NCBI GenBank assembly: GCA_963841715.1
Contig: CAWJDP010000001.1
Coordinates: 340,045-404,044, forward strand
DNA length: 64,000 bases
Direction of reading: 5' to 3'
Source: an uncultured Thermoleophilia bacterium
Lineage (GTDB): Bacteria > Actinomycetota > Thermoleophilia > Solirubrobacterales > 70-9
A program made the position numbers and the translations under genes. The notes below the pieces were generated by a model. That model was given only the letters and a program-made list of their open reading frames with translations. It did not search any database and was not told the origin of the DNA. Shown here in pieces: positions 45,154-53,881 of this stretch (the stretch's first letter is position 1; each line of letters starts with the position of its first letter).

Positions 45154-46350
45154 TTATGGGCGACCGATGGTCGGCGGGATCTCGCTGTGTTCGGTCGGTA
45201 GCGACGCGGAGGCGGGCGCGTCGGGGACGTCGCCGCGCTTCGCGCTTCTGCTGCCCCACTTGATCGACACCGGCCGCCGTTCGAGCAGGGTCGGCCAGGT
45301 CGCGTCGTCGAGCGAGTCGGTCACCGCCAACCCGGAGCGTGCCTGGAAGTCGCGCACCGCGGCAGCGGTCGCGTCGTCGTAGACCCCGCTCGCGGCGACG
45401 GGCTCGTCCCACGCCAGCAGCAGCTCCTGTGCCTGGACGACGAGATCGCCGCGCGCCCCGACGTCGAGCGCCGGGTAGCCCGCGGGCGCGGCCGCGCCCG
45501 GCGCGGCCTTGTGCGGCTTCGTTCCGCCGCTTGACGTCGACCCGCCCAGCGACTCGGACAGCGTCTTCCACTCGCCCTTGCTCGTGTTCTGCCACGACCA
45601 CCAGCTGACCCCGTGGGCGTTGTACCTCTTCGCCGTCTTGCGGAAGTCGAGGATCTGCTTTCGCGGCGGGTCGGCGTAGGTCTGCCCGAGCGGGAAGATC
45701 GGGCGCTTGTAGGCGGCGTTGACCCTGTAGGTGTGCGAGAAGATGTGCTTGACCGAGGTCCCGATCGTGTGCCAGTACATCTGCGGGACGTTGTTCTGGG
45801 CCCCGCCCTTGCCGAGGAAGACCGAGTACGGGAACGATTCGTGCAGGTTCACGTACGGGAACCCGGCGAGCCCCAGCGGGTAGTTGTTGCCGATCTTTTT
45901 GCGCAGCTTGTGGATGTAGTGCCTCGCCGCCTTGTACCTTCCCTCGTACTGGCCCTCGGCGTCGATTACGAGGCAGTCGGCGCCCTTGCGTACCGCGCGC
46001 GCTCCCTGCTTCGCCTCGCCCTTCGCCTTGCTGCCGTACACGAACTGCCACGCGCAGACGTTCAGGTTGCGGTGGTGCAGGCCGGCGACGAGCTGGGAGC
46101 TGAACTGGCTCCACGGCGAGGTCCCGTCGGAGCTCTTGACCAGCACCGTGTCGATCCCGTACTGCTTCGCCTTCGCCGCGATCGCATCGGCGCTGCCGCC
46201 CGCCTTGCTCACGTACCAGATCCACATCCCCTGGCCGTCGAGCGGGTTTGCGGCCGCCGGGGCAGCGCCGAGGATCGCCAACGCGCCGGCTGCGGCGAGT
46301 GCCGCACCGACCGAGCGAAGCTGGAATCTGCGCCGTCTTTCCCGCATCAA
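45154..46350 (-). CDS. Secreted protein: glycoside-hydrolase-like N-terminal domain plus C-terminal peptidoglycan-binding (PG_binding_1) domain
   Basis: The signal peptide is RRRFQLRSVGAALAAAGALAILGAAPAAA. The C-terminus (GARGDLVVQAQELLLAWDEP...YDDATAAAVRDFQARSGLAVTDSLDDATWPTL) matches the PGB repeat. The N-terminal domain assignment is tentative. Confidence 0.7.
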   Translation of the reverse strand: MMRERRRRFQLRSVGAALAAAGALAILGAAPAAANPLDGQGMWIWYVSKAGGSADAIAAKAKQYGIDTVLVKSSDGTSPWSQFSSQLVAGLHHRNLNVCAWQFVYGSKAKGEAKQGARAVRKGADCLVIDAEGQYEGRYKAARHYIHKLRKKIGNNYPLGLAGFPYVNLHESFPYSVFLGKGGAQNNVPQMYWHTIGTSVKHIFSHTYRVNAAYKRPIFPLGQTYADPPRKQILDFRKTAKRYNAHGVSWWSWQNTSKGEWKTLSESLGGSTSSGGTKPHKAAPGAAAPAGYPALDVGARGDLVVQAQELLLAWDEPVAASGVYDDATAAAVRDFQARSGLAVTDSLDDATWPTLLERRPVSIKWGSRSAKRGDVPDAPASASLPTEHSEIPPTIGRP

Positions 46351-46390
46351 GACGAAGGGTCCGCGCCCGTCCCCGCGCGTGGGCCCAGTC

Positions 46391-46396
46391 TAGAAT
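46391..46396 (+). promoter_or_regulatory. Possible -10 box (TAGAAT within CTAGAATC) about 80 nt upstream of the hadB-like gene
   Basis: gtctagaatcccatgcccga lies in an AT-richer divergent spacer. Confidence 0.35.
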
Positions 46397-46476
46397 CCCA
46401 TGCCCGAAAACCCTGCATGGACGAAAAGTTGCAGCGTCCGAAGCTAAAGAAATGAGGAACGAATGAGGGCGCCCAG

Positions 46477-46875
46477 ATGACCCCCGAGATGAAGTCGGGC
46501 GACAGCCTTCCCGAGCTCAAGGTCACGCCCGACAAGTACCTGCCGCACCGCTACGCGGGCGCTTCGGGCGACTTCAACCCGATCCACATCGATCCCGAGT
46601 TCGCAAAGGCGGTCGGCCTGCCCGGGAACATCCTCCACGGTCTCTACTCGATGGCCCAGGTCGCCCGCGCGCACACCGAGGCGGCGGGCGGCGACCCGCG
46701 GGCGTTGAAGCGGCTCTCGGTCCAGTTCCGCGGCATGGGTATGCCCGAGCAGGAGATCGTCGTGAGCTCGACCGTGACCGACGCGGACGACGGGATGGTC
46801 ACGACCGAGACGGTCGCCGCGCAGCAGGGCAACCAGATCATTCGCAACGCCCGGGCGACGCTCGCGCTCGACTAG
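46477..46875 (+). CDS. MaoC-domain (R)-specific dehydratase subunit (HadB-type)
   Basis: 132 aa with the hydratase-2 motif YAGASGDFNPIHIDPEFAKAVGLPGNILHG. Confidence 0.8.
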   Translation: MTPEMKSGDSLPELKVTPDKYLPHRYAGASGDFNPIHIDPEFAKAVGLPGNILHGLYSMAQVARAHTEAAGGDPRALKRLSVQFRGMGMPEQEIVVSSTVTDADDGMVTTETVAAQQGNQIIRNARATLALD

Positions 46876-46926
46876 GCGCCGGGAGGCCCGGGGGGCGTGC
46901 GGCTCGGGAGGCGTCCCGGACCTTCC

Positions 46927-46932
46927 TAGAAT
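46927..46932 (+). promoter_or_regulatory. Possible -10 box (TAGAAT within CTAGAATC) exactly 7 nt before the hrcA ATG (leaderless type)
   Basis: cctagaat-ctcatcc-ATG. No SD is present. Confidence 0.45.
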
Positions 46933-46939
46933 CTCATCC

Positions 46940-47992
46940 ATGCCCGAGCCCACGCCCATGCCCACGCTCAGCGAGCGCCAGCAGCGGATCCTCCGACTCG
47001 TCGTCGACGCCTACCTCGGCGAGGCGCGCCCGGTCGGTTCGCACGCGATCGCCGGCCGCGACGAGGTCGAGTGGAGCGCCTCGACGGTGCGCGCCGAGCT
47101 CGCGGCGCTCGAGGAGGCCGGCTACCTCACCCATCCGCACACCTCCGCCGGCCGGGTGCCGACCGAGCGCGGCTACCGCTTCTACGTCGACTCGCTCGTC
47201 GCCTCGAGCGAGGGGCACCCCGCGCGCGCCGAGCCCGCGCTCGAGCTGTCGCGGATCCGGCGCGAGGTGGACGAGGCGATGCGCGAGACGACGGCGACGC
47301 TGTCGCGCGTCAACGACCTGTTGGCGCTCGTCACCGCGCCGCCGGCCTCGAGCGCGCGGATCCACCGCGTCGAGGTGTTGCTGCTGCAGCCGAGCGTCGC
47401 GATGGTCGTCGTGATCGCCTCGAACGGCCAGGTCGAGCGGCGCGTGTTCACCTTCCAGCGCCCGCTCGACTCCGGGCTCGTCGAATGGGCCTCGAGCTAT
47501 CTCAACGAGCGCCTCGCGGGGATGGGGCTCGGCGCGCGGATGATCGCCGGCCGGCTCGCCGATCCCGAGCTCGGCGAGGTCGAGTCCGCGTTCCTGACCC
47601 AGATCGGCGACGCGTTCACGGGCCTCGAGAGCGACGCCGAGGACACGCTCTACGTCGACGGAACCGCGCGGCTGCTCTCGCGCGAGCACCTCACCGATCT
47701 CGATCAGGCCGACTCGCTCGTCGACACGCTCGAGCGTCGCGCGAGCCTGCTCGGCGTGCTGCGCTCGGCGCTCGAGAAGCGCTCGGTGTTCCTGTGGATC
47801 GGCGATGAGAACCCGGACCCGGCGCTGCGCTCGGTGAGCGTCGTCGGCGCCAACTACGGCCTCGGGTATCGCAACCTCGGCGCCGTCGGGGTGCTCGGCC
47901 CGCTGCGGATGGACTACGAGACCGCGATCGCGTCCGTGCGCGACGCCGCCGAGCAGCTCTCTCGCTTCTTCGAGTCCGTCTACGAGGGCTAG
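46940..47992 (+). CDS. hrcA: Heat-inducible transcription repressor HrcA
   Basis: 350 aa with an N-terminal winged helix ([25 protein letters not shown]) and the HrcA C-terminal domain. Precedes dnaJ. Confidence 0.93.
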   Translation: MPEPTPMPTLSERQQRILRLVVDAYLGEARPVGSHAIAGRDEVEWSASTVRAELAALEEAGYLTHPHTSAGRVPTERGYRFYVDSLVASSEGHPARAEPALELSRIRREVDEAMRETTATLSRVNDLLALVTAPPASSARIHRVEVLLLQPSVAMVVVIASNGQVERRVFTFQRPLDSGLVEWASSYLNERLAGMGLGARMIAGRLADPELGEVESAFLTQIGDAFTGLESDAEDTLYVDGTARLLSREHLTDLDQADSLVDTLERRASLLGVLRSALEKRSVFLWIGDENPDPALRSVSVVGANYGLGYRNLGAVGVLGPLRMDYETAIASVRDAAEQLSRFFESVYEG

Positions 47993-48005
47993 TGGACCGC
48001 TAGCG

Positions 48006-49136
48006 ATGGCGGCCGACTACTACGACGTCCTCGGCGTCGATCGGGGCGCGTCGACCGAGCAGATCAAGAAGGCGTTCCGCGGGCTCGCCCGCGAGCTCCA
48101 TCCCGACGTCAACAGGCACGACCCCGACGCCGAGGAGAAGTTCAAGCAGGCAGCCGAGGCCTACGAGGTGCTCTCCGATCCCGAGCGGCGCCGCGTCTAC
48201 GACGCGTTCGGCTCCGAGGGCCTGCGGAGCGGCGGCTGGACCCCGGGCGGGACGGGCGGGATCGAGGACATCCTCTCCTCGCTGTTCGGCGGGGGCGGAG
48301 CCGGCTCGCCGTTCGGCGACCTGTTCGGGTTCGGCGCGGGCGGTCCCGCGGGCGGCGCCGATATCGCGACCGAGATCGAGATCACGCTTGCCGACGTCCT
48401 TACCGGGACCACGCGCGAGGTCAGCTTCGAGGCGGTCGCTGTCTGCGAGCACTGCAACGGCAACGGCGCCGAGCCCGGGACGCCGATCAACACCTGCCCC
48501 GAGTGCGACGGCGCGGGCCAGATCCGCCAGGTGAGCCGGACGCCGTTCGGCCAGATGGTTCGCGCCGGGGTCTGCCCGCGCTGCCAGGGTGCGGGGAAGA
48601 TCCCCGAGACCCCGTGCGAGCGCTGCCGGGGGCGTGGGCGCGTCACCGCGGAGAAGACCTGGGACGTTGAGGTCCCGCCCGGGATCGAGTCCGGGCAGCG
48701 GATCAGGATCGGCGGCGGGGGACATGTCGGCGAGCCCGGCGCCCCGGCCGGCGACCTCTACGTGATTGTCCACGTTGCCGACGACGAGCGCTTCCAGCGC
48801 GAGGGCTCAGACCTCGTCAGTGTCTCCGAGATCAGCGCGACCGCGGCGATGCTCGGGACGACGGTCACCGTCTCGACGCTCGACGGGGACCGGAAGGTCG
48901 AGGTCCACGCGGGGACGCAGCCGGGCGACCACGAGGTGCTCAAGTCGGCGGGCCTGCCGCGCCTGCGTGGCGGCCGCCGCGGCGACCAGCACGTCTACTT
49001 CAACGTCGTCGTCCCCACGAACCTCAGCGAGGAGCAGCGCGAGCTCGCCGAGGGCCTCGAGGACAGCATCGGCCCGGAGAACCTCGTCCGCGAGCACGAG
49101 GGCATCTTCCGCCGCGTCAAGCGCGCGTTCGGATAG
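48006..49136 (+). CDS. dnaJ: Chaperone DnaJ
   Basis: J domain with HPD (ELHPDVN), a G/F region and four CxxCxGxG zinc-finger repeats ([32 protein letters not shown]). Confidence 0.96.
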   Translation: MAADYYDVLGVDRGASTEQIKKAFRGLARELHPDVNRHDPDAEEKFKQAAEAYEVLSDPERRRVYDAFGSEGLRSGGWTPGGTGGIEDILSSLFGGGGAGSPFGDLFGFGAGGPAGGADIATEIEITLADVLTGTTREVSFEAVAVCEHCNGNGAEPGTPINTCPECDGAGQIRQVSRTPFGQMVRAGVCPRCQGAGKIPETPCERCRGRGRVTAEKTWDVEVPPGIESGQRIRIGGGGHVGEPGAPAGDLYVIVHVADDERFQREGSDLVSVSEISATAAMLGTTVTVSTLDGDRKVEVHAGTQPGDHEVLKSAGLPRLRGGRRGDQHVYFNVVVPTNLSEEQRELAEGLEDSIGPENLVREHEGIFRRVKRAFG

Positions 49137-49147
49137 CGGCGAGCGCC

Positions 49148-50509
49148 ATGGCGAGCCCGATCCTGGCAACCGCGATCGAGCACTGGAACGAGCTGCTCGT
49201 CGACGACACCGAGGTTCGCGACCGGATGGGCAAGCTGCGAAGCTGGCTCGCCGACCGCGAGCTCGAGGTCGAGGGGCGGCCGCTGTGCTCGGTGCTGCGC
49301 CCGCACCTGATCGCCGAGAAGGACCTCGACCGCCAGCGGGTGATCTCCGCGCTCCTGATCTCGGCCGTGTACAAGATCCGCGACGCCCTGCTCGCCGACG
49401 AGCAGCTCCGGCGCGAGAACCTCGGCACGTTCGAAGAGGCGGTCGGGCACCTGCTCGCGCTCGAGAAGCGGGCGGTCGCGGACGGCGCGCTGATCCGCCT
49501 CGACTCCTCGCTCGCGCGGACCCAGCTCCACTTCATCGAGCTCAACGCCGACACGCCGCAGGGGACCGGGCACAACGACGGGATCGTCTCGTTCTTCCAG
49601 CGCCTCGAGACCTTCGCCCGTTTCTCCGATCGCTATCGCGTGCGGCCGCTGCGGCTCGAGGGGGTCCTGCTCGAGACGCTGCTGAAGGCGTGGGAGAACT
49701 GGGGCGGGACCGACAAGCCGACGATCGCGACGATCTGCCTGACCTCGGATCCCGTCCGCCTCACCGGACTCGAGATCGACGATCGCTACTTCAAGCAGCA
49801 GGGCTACGAGTCGATCCTCTGCGACCCGCGCGAGCTCGACTGGGACGGCGAGCGGCTGCGGCACGGCGACGACGCCGTCGACATCGTCCACCGCGTGATG
49901 CTGACCGGCGAGTGCGTCGCGCGCTCGGACGAGTTCAAGGCGGTGCTCGACGCGGTCAGCGCCGGCGCCGTGTGCATGGTGAACCCGTTCCGCAGCGAGC
50001 TGCTCGGCCACAAGGCCGTGTTCGCGCTGCTAACCGACCCCGCGCGCGACTTTGGCTTCAGCGCCAAGGAGCGCGCCGCGATCCGCACCCACGTCCCGTG
50101 GACGCGCCGCGTCGCCGACGGCAGGACGACCGGCCCCGGAGGGACCGACGTCGACCTCGTCGAGTACGTGACCGAGAACCGCCCGCGGCTCGTTCTGAAG
50201 CCGGCGCACGACTACGGCGGGCACGGCGTTCACCTCGGCTGGGACGAGAGCGACTCAGAATGGGCCGAAGCGCTGAAGCGCTCGCTCGAAACCGACTACA
50301 TCGTCCAGCACCGGGTCGAGCTCCACCGCGAGGTCTACCCGACCCTCGACGCGCCGACATCGGGCTCGACCTTCTACGAGGACACCGACCCGTTCGTGTT
50401 CCAGGGCGAGCTCCGCGGACTGCTGACGCGGCTGAGCGCGAACGAGATCACGAACGTGCACGCGAGCGGCAGCCTCGTCGCGAGCTTTGCGATCGCGCCG
50501 CGGACGTGA
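49148..50509 (+). CDS. ATP-grasp superfamily protein (glutathionylspermidine-synthase-like / circularly permuted type)
   Basis: 453 aa. Motifs I associate with this clade are HFIELNADTPQG, NPFRSELLGHKAVFALL, VLKPAHDYGGHGVHLGW and DYIVQHRVEL. The family call is unverified. Confidence 0.6.
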   Translation: MASPILATAIEHWNELLVDDTEVRDRMGKLRSWLADRELEVEGRPLCSVLRPHLIAEKDLDRQRVISALLISAVYKIRDALLADEQLRRENLGTFEEAVGHLLALEKRAVADGALIRLDSSLARTQLHFIELNADTPQGTGHNDGIVSFFQRLETFARFSDRYRVRPLRLEGVLLETLLKAWENWGGTDKPTIATICLTSDPVRLTGLEIDDRYFKQQGYESILCDPRELDWDGERLRHGDDAVDIVHRVMLTGECVARSDEFKAVLDAVSAGAVCMVNPFRSELLGHKAVFALLTDPARDFGFSAKERAAIRTHVPWTRRVADGRTTGPGGTDVDLVEYVTENRPRLVLKPAHDYGGHGVHLGWDESDSEWAEALKRSLETDYIVQHRVELHREVYPTLDAPTSGSTFYEDTDPFVFQGELRGLLTRLSANEITNVHASGSLVASFAIAPRT

Positions 50510-51342
50510 TCCGGCTCGCGGTCCGCTGCCGCCCCGAGCTTGCGGACCAGGTGCTCGCGGAGCTGACCGAGCTCGCGCCGGGTGGGGTCGAGGAGGAGCG
50601 CGGCCTCGACTACGTCGAGTACGCGGTCTATGGCGCGCCGGGCGAGCTCCCGGCGGTCCCCGATCTCGAGGCGGCCGCCGGCGACGGGCTCGTCGAGATC
50701 CACTCGACCGACGTCCCCGACGACTGGGCCGAGCGCTGGCAGGACTTTCACCGACCGGTGCTCGTCAGGGGCCGGCTGTGGGTGCGGCCCTCGTGGGAGC
50801 AGGACGCGGCCGGCGAGGGCGAGATCGACGTCGTCGTCGACCCCGGGAACGCGTTCGGGACCGGGGCCCACGCGACGACCCGGCTCTGCCTCGAGCTGCT
50901 GCTCGAGCGCGCCGCAGCCGATCGCGCGCGCGGCGCGCTCGCTGACTGGGGCACGGGCTCGGGCGTGCTCGCGATCGCCGCGGGGAAGCTCGGTTGGGGG
51001 CCGATCGTCGCCTGCGACCATGAGCGTGCGGCGCTCGACGCCGCGGCGGCGAACGCCGCCGCGAACGGGGTCGAGCTCGAGACCCGGCGCGCCAACCTCC
51101 GCGAGCAGGATCCGCCGACCGCGCCGACCGTGCTCGCGAACCTCACCGCCCCGGTGCTGCTCCCGATTGCGGAGCGCCTCGCCGCATTCGAGCACGGGGT
51201 CGAGACGCTGATCTGCTCTGGCCTGCTCGAAGCCGAGGTGCGCGCGGTCGAGGAGGCGTTCGGCGCGACGGGGCTGCGATCGGTGAAGCGGCGGCGCTCA
51301 GGGGACTGGTCGGCGCTGCGCTTCGACCGTGGGTCGGGGTGA
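50506..51342 (+). CDS. prmA: Ribosomal protein L11 methyltransferase
   Basis: GTG 50506 overlaps the upstream stop (GTGA). Motifs are VVVDPGNAFGTGAHATT and the SAM motif DWGTGSGVLAIAA. The rest of ORF 48766..51342 is an out-of-frame overlap. Confidence 0.88.
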   Translation: MIRLAVRCRPELADQVLAELTELAPGGVEEERGLDYVEYAVYGAPGELPAVPDLEAAAGDGLVEIHSTDVPDDWAERWQDFHRPVLVRGRLWVRPSWEQDAAGEGEIDVVVDPGNAFGTGAHATTRLCLELLLERAAADRARGALADWGTGSGVLAIAAGKLGWGPIVACDHERAALDAAAANAAANGVELETRRANLREQDPPTAPTVLANLTAPVLLPIAERLAAFEHGVETLICSGLLEAEVRAVEEAFGATGLRSVKRRRSGDWSALRFDRGSG

Positions 51343-52542
51343 GGTCCGCGGCTGGTCGTACTCGGGCAGCGCGAAGCGGTCGGCGAACATCCGCCGCATC
51401 AGCAGCGTCGAGAGGTAGGGGACGCGCAGGAGCGCCGTCGCCTTGTTTCGCACCGAGATCCCGAATCGCGTCCGCGGCGCGAACGACGAGGCGAAGCGCT
51501 CGGCCGCCTTCTGCTTCGACTCGATGAAGGGGCGAAGCGTGCGCTCGTAGGCCGCGAACGCCCGGCTGTGATCCGCCGGAGCGCGCGAGAGCTCGCCCGC
51601 GAGCACGTAGGCGCCGGCCATCGCGAGCGCGGCACCCTCTCCAGACAGCAGCGAGGGGCAGTGGGCGGCGTCGCCGACGAGCGCGCAGCGCCCGCGCGAC
51701 CAGCTCGACATCCGGATCTGGCTGACGGTGTCGACGTAGAGCTCCGAGCAGTCGTCGAGGCCGGCGAGGATCTCCGGGGTCTCCCAGCCGTCGACGTCGA
51801 ACACCTCCCTCAGGATCCGCTTCTGGTCGGGCACGTCACCGTTGGCGTCGAGGACCGGCTCGTCGCTGGCGAACACGAGCAGGATCCCGGTGCGGCCGTC
51901 GCGCAGCGAGTAGCGCGCGATCTGGCGCCCCGGAGTCGCGAAGCCGATGTAGGCGCCCTCGTCGCGGTGGGGGTAGTCGTCGAGGACGAACGAGGCGACG
52001 CAGTACCCGAGGTAGCGTTCGTACGCGGGGTCGTTGCCGAACGCCGCGCCGCGCACGGCCGAGTGCAGGCCGTCGGCGCCGACGACGAGGTCGAAGCGGC
52101 GGGTCTCGCCGCTCGCCAGAGTGACCTCGACTCCCGCGTCGCCGTCCTCGAGGACGGTGATCGCGTCGCCGAAGATCGTCTCGACCTCGCCCGCCACGGT
52201 CGTGTACAGGGTGTGGGCGAGGTCGCCCCTGAGGATGCTGAAGTAGCGGCCGTCCAGAGCGCGTCGAAGGGAGTGACCCCCGAAGCCCGAGACGCCCCTC
52301 CCGCGTTCATTCACGAGGCTCAGCTCGTAGATCCCATAGCCGACCTCGCGCAGCCGGGTCAACAGCTCCATTCGCTCCGCGACGTCGTATCCGACCCCCC
52401 AGAAGTCGATGATGTATCCGCCCTCGCGCGGCGCCGGCGCCCTCTCGACGAGGGTCGGCTCGAACCCGCGACGCCGCAGCCAGTAGGCGAGGCACGGTCC
52501 GGCGACTCCGGTTCCCGAGATCAGGACCTTGCGAGCCTCCAT
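51298..52542 (-). CDS. FAD-dependent aromatic-ring monooxygenase (PHBH fold)
   Basis: Start is ATG 52542 (MEARKVLISGTGVAGPCLAYWL, GxGxxG). DG motif GADGLHSAVR and GD motif LVGDAAHC are present. The 3' end overlaps the prmA 3' end convergently by 45 nt. Confidence 0.88.
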   Translation of the reverse strand: MEARKVLISGTGVAGPCLAYWLRRRGFEPTLVERAPAPREGGYIIDFWGVGYDVAERMELLTRLREVGYGIYELSLVNERGRGVSGFGGHSLRRALDGRYFSILRGDLAHTLYTTVAGEVETIFGDAITVLEDGDAGVEVTLASGETRRFDLVVGADGLHSAVRGAAFGNDPAYERYLGYCVASFVLDDYPHRDEGAYIGFATPGRQIARYSLRDGRTGILLVFASDEPVLDANGDVPDQKRILREVFDVDGWETPEILAGLDDCSELYVDTVSQIRMSSWSRGRCALVGDAAHCPSLLSGEGAALAMAGAYVLAGELSRAPADHSRAFAAYERTLRPFIESKQKAAERFASSFAPRTRFGISVRNKATALLRVPYLSTLLMRRMFADRFALPEYDQPRTSPRPTVEAQRRPVP

Positions 52543-52599
52543 CGGTCTCTTTCTACCCGGAAGACGCACGTTCTTGCACGGCTTCGGGATCATCACATC

Positions 52600-53421
52600 G
52601 TGAACGCCGATCGCGCGTCGCTCCCAATCGCAGTCTTCGACTCCGGGGTCGGCGGATTGACCGTTCTTCATGAGTGCCTCGTCTCGCTCCCGAGCGAGGA
52701 CTTCGTCTACCTCGGCGACACGGCGCGGTTCCCGTACGGGACTAAGGAGCCGGAGGAGCTCCGCGCCCGCGTCGCCGAGAACACGAGCTACCTGCTCGAC
52801 CGCGGCGCGAAGCTGCTGATCATCGCCTGCAACTCGGCCGCCTCGACCGGGCTCGGGACGGCGCGCGAGATCGCCGCCGAGCATGGGGTTGAGGTCGTCG
52901 CCGTGATCGAGCCGGAGGCGGAGATCGCCGCCGCGATCACCGACTCCGGCCGCGTCGGCGTGCTCGCGACGATGATGACGATCGAGAGCGGTGCCTACCT
53001 CGAGGCGCTGCAGCTCCAGCACCGCTCGCTCCAGGTCCATCAGGTGGGCACGGCGGAGCTCGCGCCGATGATCCAGAACGGATCGCCGTTCGACGAGCGA
53101 GCGATGGAGATCGCGCGGCAGTGCTGCGCGCCGTTCCACGACGCGGACGTCGACACGCTGATCCTCGGCTGCACGCACTTCCCGCTGCTCGCGCCGATGC
53201 TGCAGCGGATACTCGGGCGCGACGTCCGCCTCGTCACCGCGGGCCACGCGGTCGCGGCGAAGGCGCAGCGAATCCTCGAGTCGGGCGGGATCGAGTCCCG
53301 CACCGAGGGAGAGGGCGACTACAGCTTCCTCTGCACCGGCGACGTCGAGTCGTTCCGCGGGCTCGGCAACCGCTTCCTGCAGATGCCGCTCGGCCGGGTC
53401 GAGCAGGTGCGGATCGGTTGA
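52600..53421 (+). CDS. murI: Glutamate racemase
   Basis: Start is GTG 52600. Motifs are VFDSGVGGLTV, IIACNSAAS and LGCTHFPLL, carrying both catalytic Cys residues. Confidence 0.93.
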   Translation: MNADRASLPIAVFDSGVGGLTVLHECLVSLPSEDFVYLGDTARFPYGTKEPEELRARVAENTSYLLDRGAKLLIIACNSAASTGLGTAREIAAEHGVEVVAVIEPEAEIAAAITDSGRVGVLATMMTIESGAYLEALQLQHRSLQVHQVGTAELAPMIQNGSPFDERAMEIARQCCAPFHDADVDTLILGCTHFPLLAPMLQRILGRDVRLVTAGHAVAAKAQRILESGGIESRTEGEGDYSFLCTGDVESFRGLGNRFLQMPLGRVEQVRIG

Positions 53422-53436
53422 GCCCGGCACGGCGAC

Positions 53437-53442
53437 TACCCT
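53437..53442 (+). promoter_or_regulatory. Possible -10 box (TACCCT) exactly 7 nt before GTG 53450 (leaderless type)
   Basis: gactaccct-tgtgggc-GTG. Confidence 0.3.
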
Positions 53443-53449
53443 TGTGGGC

Positions 53450-53881
53450 GTGACGATCCTCGAGCGCGTTCAGGAGGACACGAAGGCCGCGATGCGCGCC
53501 GGTGAGCGCGATCGCGTCGCCGCGCTGCGCCTGATCGCGAACTCGCTCCAGCAGGACGCGAAGCTCGGCGAGGGCGACGAGATCGCGGTGCTTCAGAGCG
53601 AGCGCAAGAAGCGGCTCGAGGCCGCGGAGGCGTACGAGAACGGCGGCCGCGACGAGCAGGCCGGGTCCGAGCGCGCCGAGGCCGAGGTGATCGAGTCCTA
53701 CCTCCCCGAGCAGCTCGGCGACGCCGAGCTCGAGGAGATCGTCGGCGCCGCCGTCGAGGAGTCTGGGGCCGAGGGGCCGAAGGAGATGGGCAAGGTGATG
53801 TCGATCGTGATGCCGAAGGTCCAGGGGCGCGCGGACGGCAAGCGGGTCAGCGAGGCGGTGCGCGCGAGGCTTGGCTCGTAG
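53450..53881 (+). CDS. yqeY: GatB/YqeY-domain protein
   Basis: The pattern ILERVQEDTKAAMRAGERDRVAALRLI... is typical of YqeY. The alternative start GTG 53444 is two codons upstream. Confidence 0.85.
   Translation: MTILERVQEDTKAAMRAGERDRVAALRLIANSLQQDAKLGEGDEIAVLQSERKKRLEAAEAYENGGRDEQAGSERAEAEVIESYLPEQLGDAELEEIVGAAVEESGAEGPKEMGKVMSIVMPKVQGRADGKRVSEAVRARLGS

Noticed and set aside
46351-46476. A ydaO/c-di-AMP-type riboswitch in the 5' region of the secreted peptidoglycan-binding protein gene (- strand).
   Set aside because: Such riboswitches often precede cell-wall hydrolases in Actinobacteria, and the spacer contains a GGGGAC element. I could not assemble the conserved pseudo-symmetric helices by eye. 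An Infernal scan would be needed.
46876-48005. A CIRCE operator (TTAGCACTC-N9-GAGTGCTAA) upstream of hrcA or dnaJ.
   Set aside because: I looked for it in the 64-nt hrcA upstream spacer and the 13-nt hrcA-dnaJ gap. Nothing resembling the inverted repeat is present. The spacer holds only the TAGAAT box.
48766-51342. 858-aa ORF spanning dnaJ, the ATP-grasp gene and prmA.
   Set aside because: Only the last 278 codons (from GTG 50506) are PrmA. The rest is an out-of-frame overlap with two well-supported genes.
51298-53430. 710-aa - strand ORF and the mirror 617-aa + strand ORF (51568..53421).
   Set aside because: Each contains one real gene: the FAD monooxygenase from ATG 52542 and murI from GTG 52600. 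The remainder of each is the antisense shadow of the other gene.
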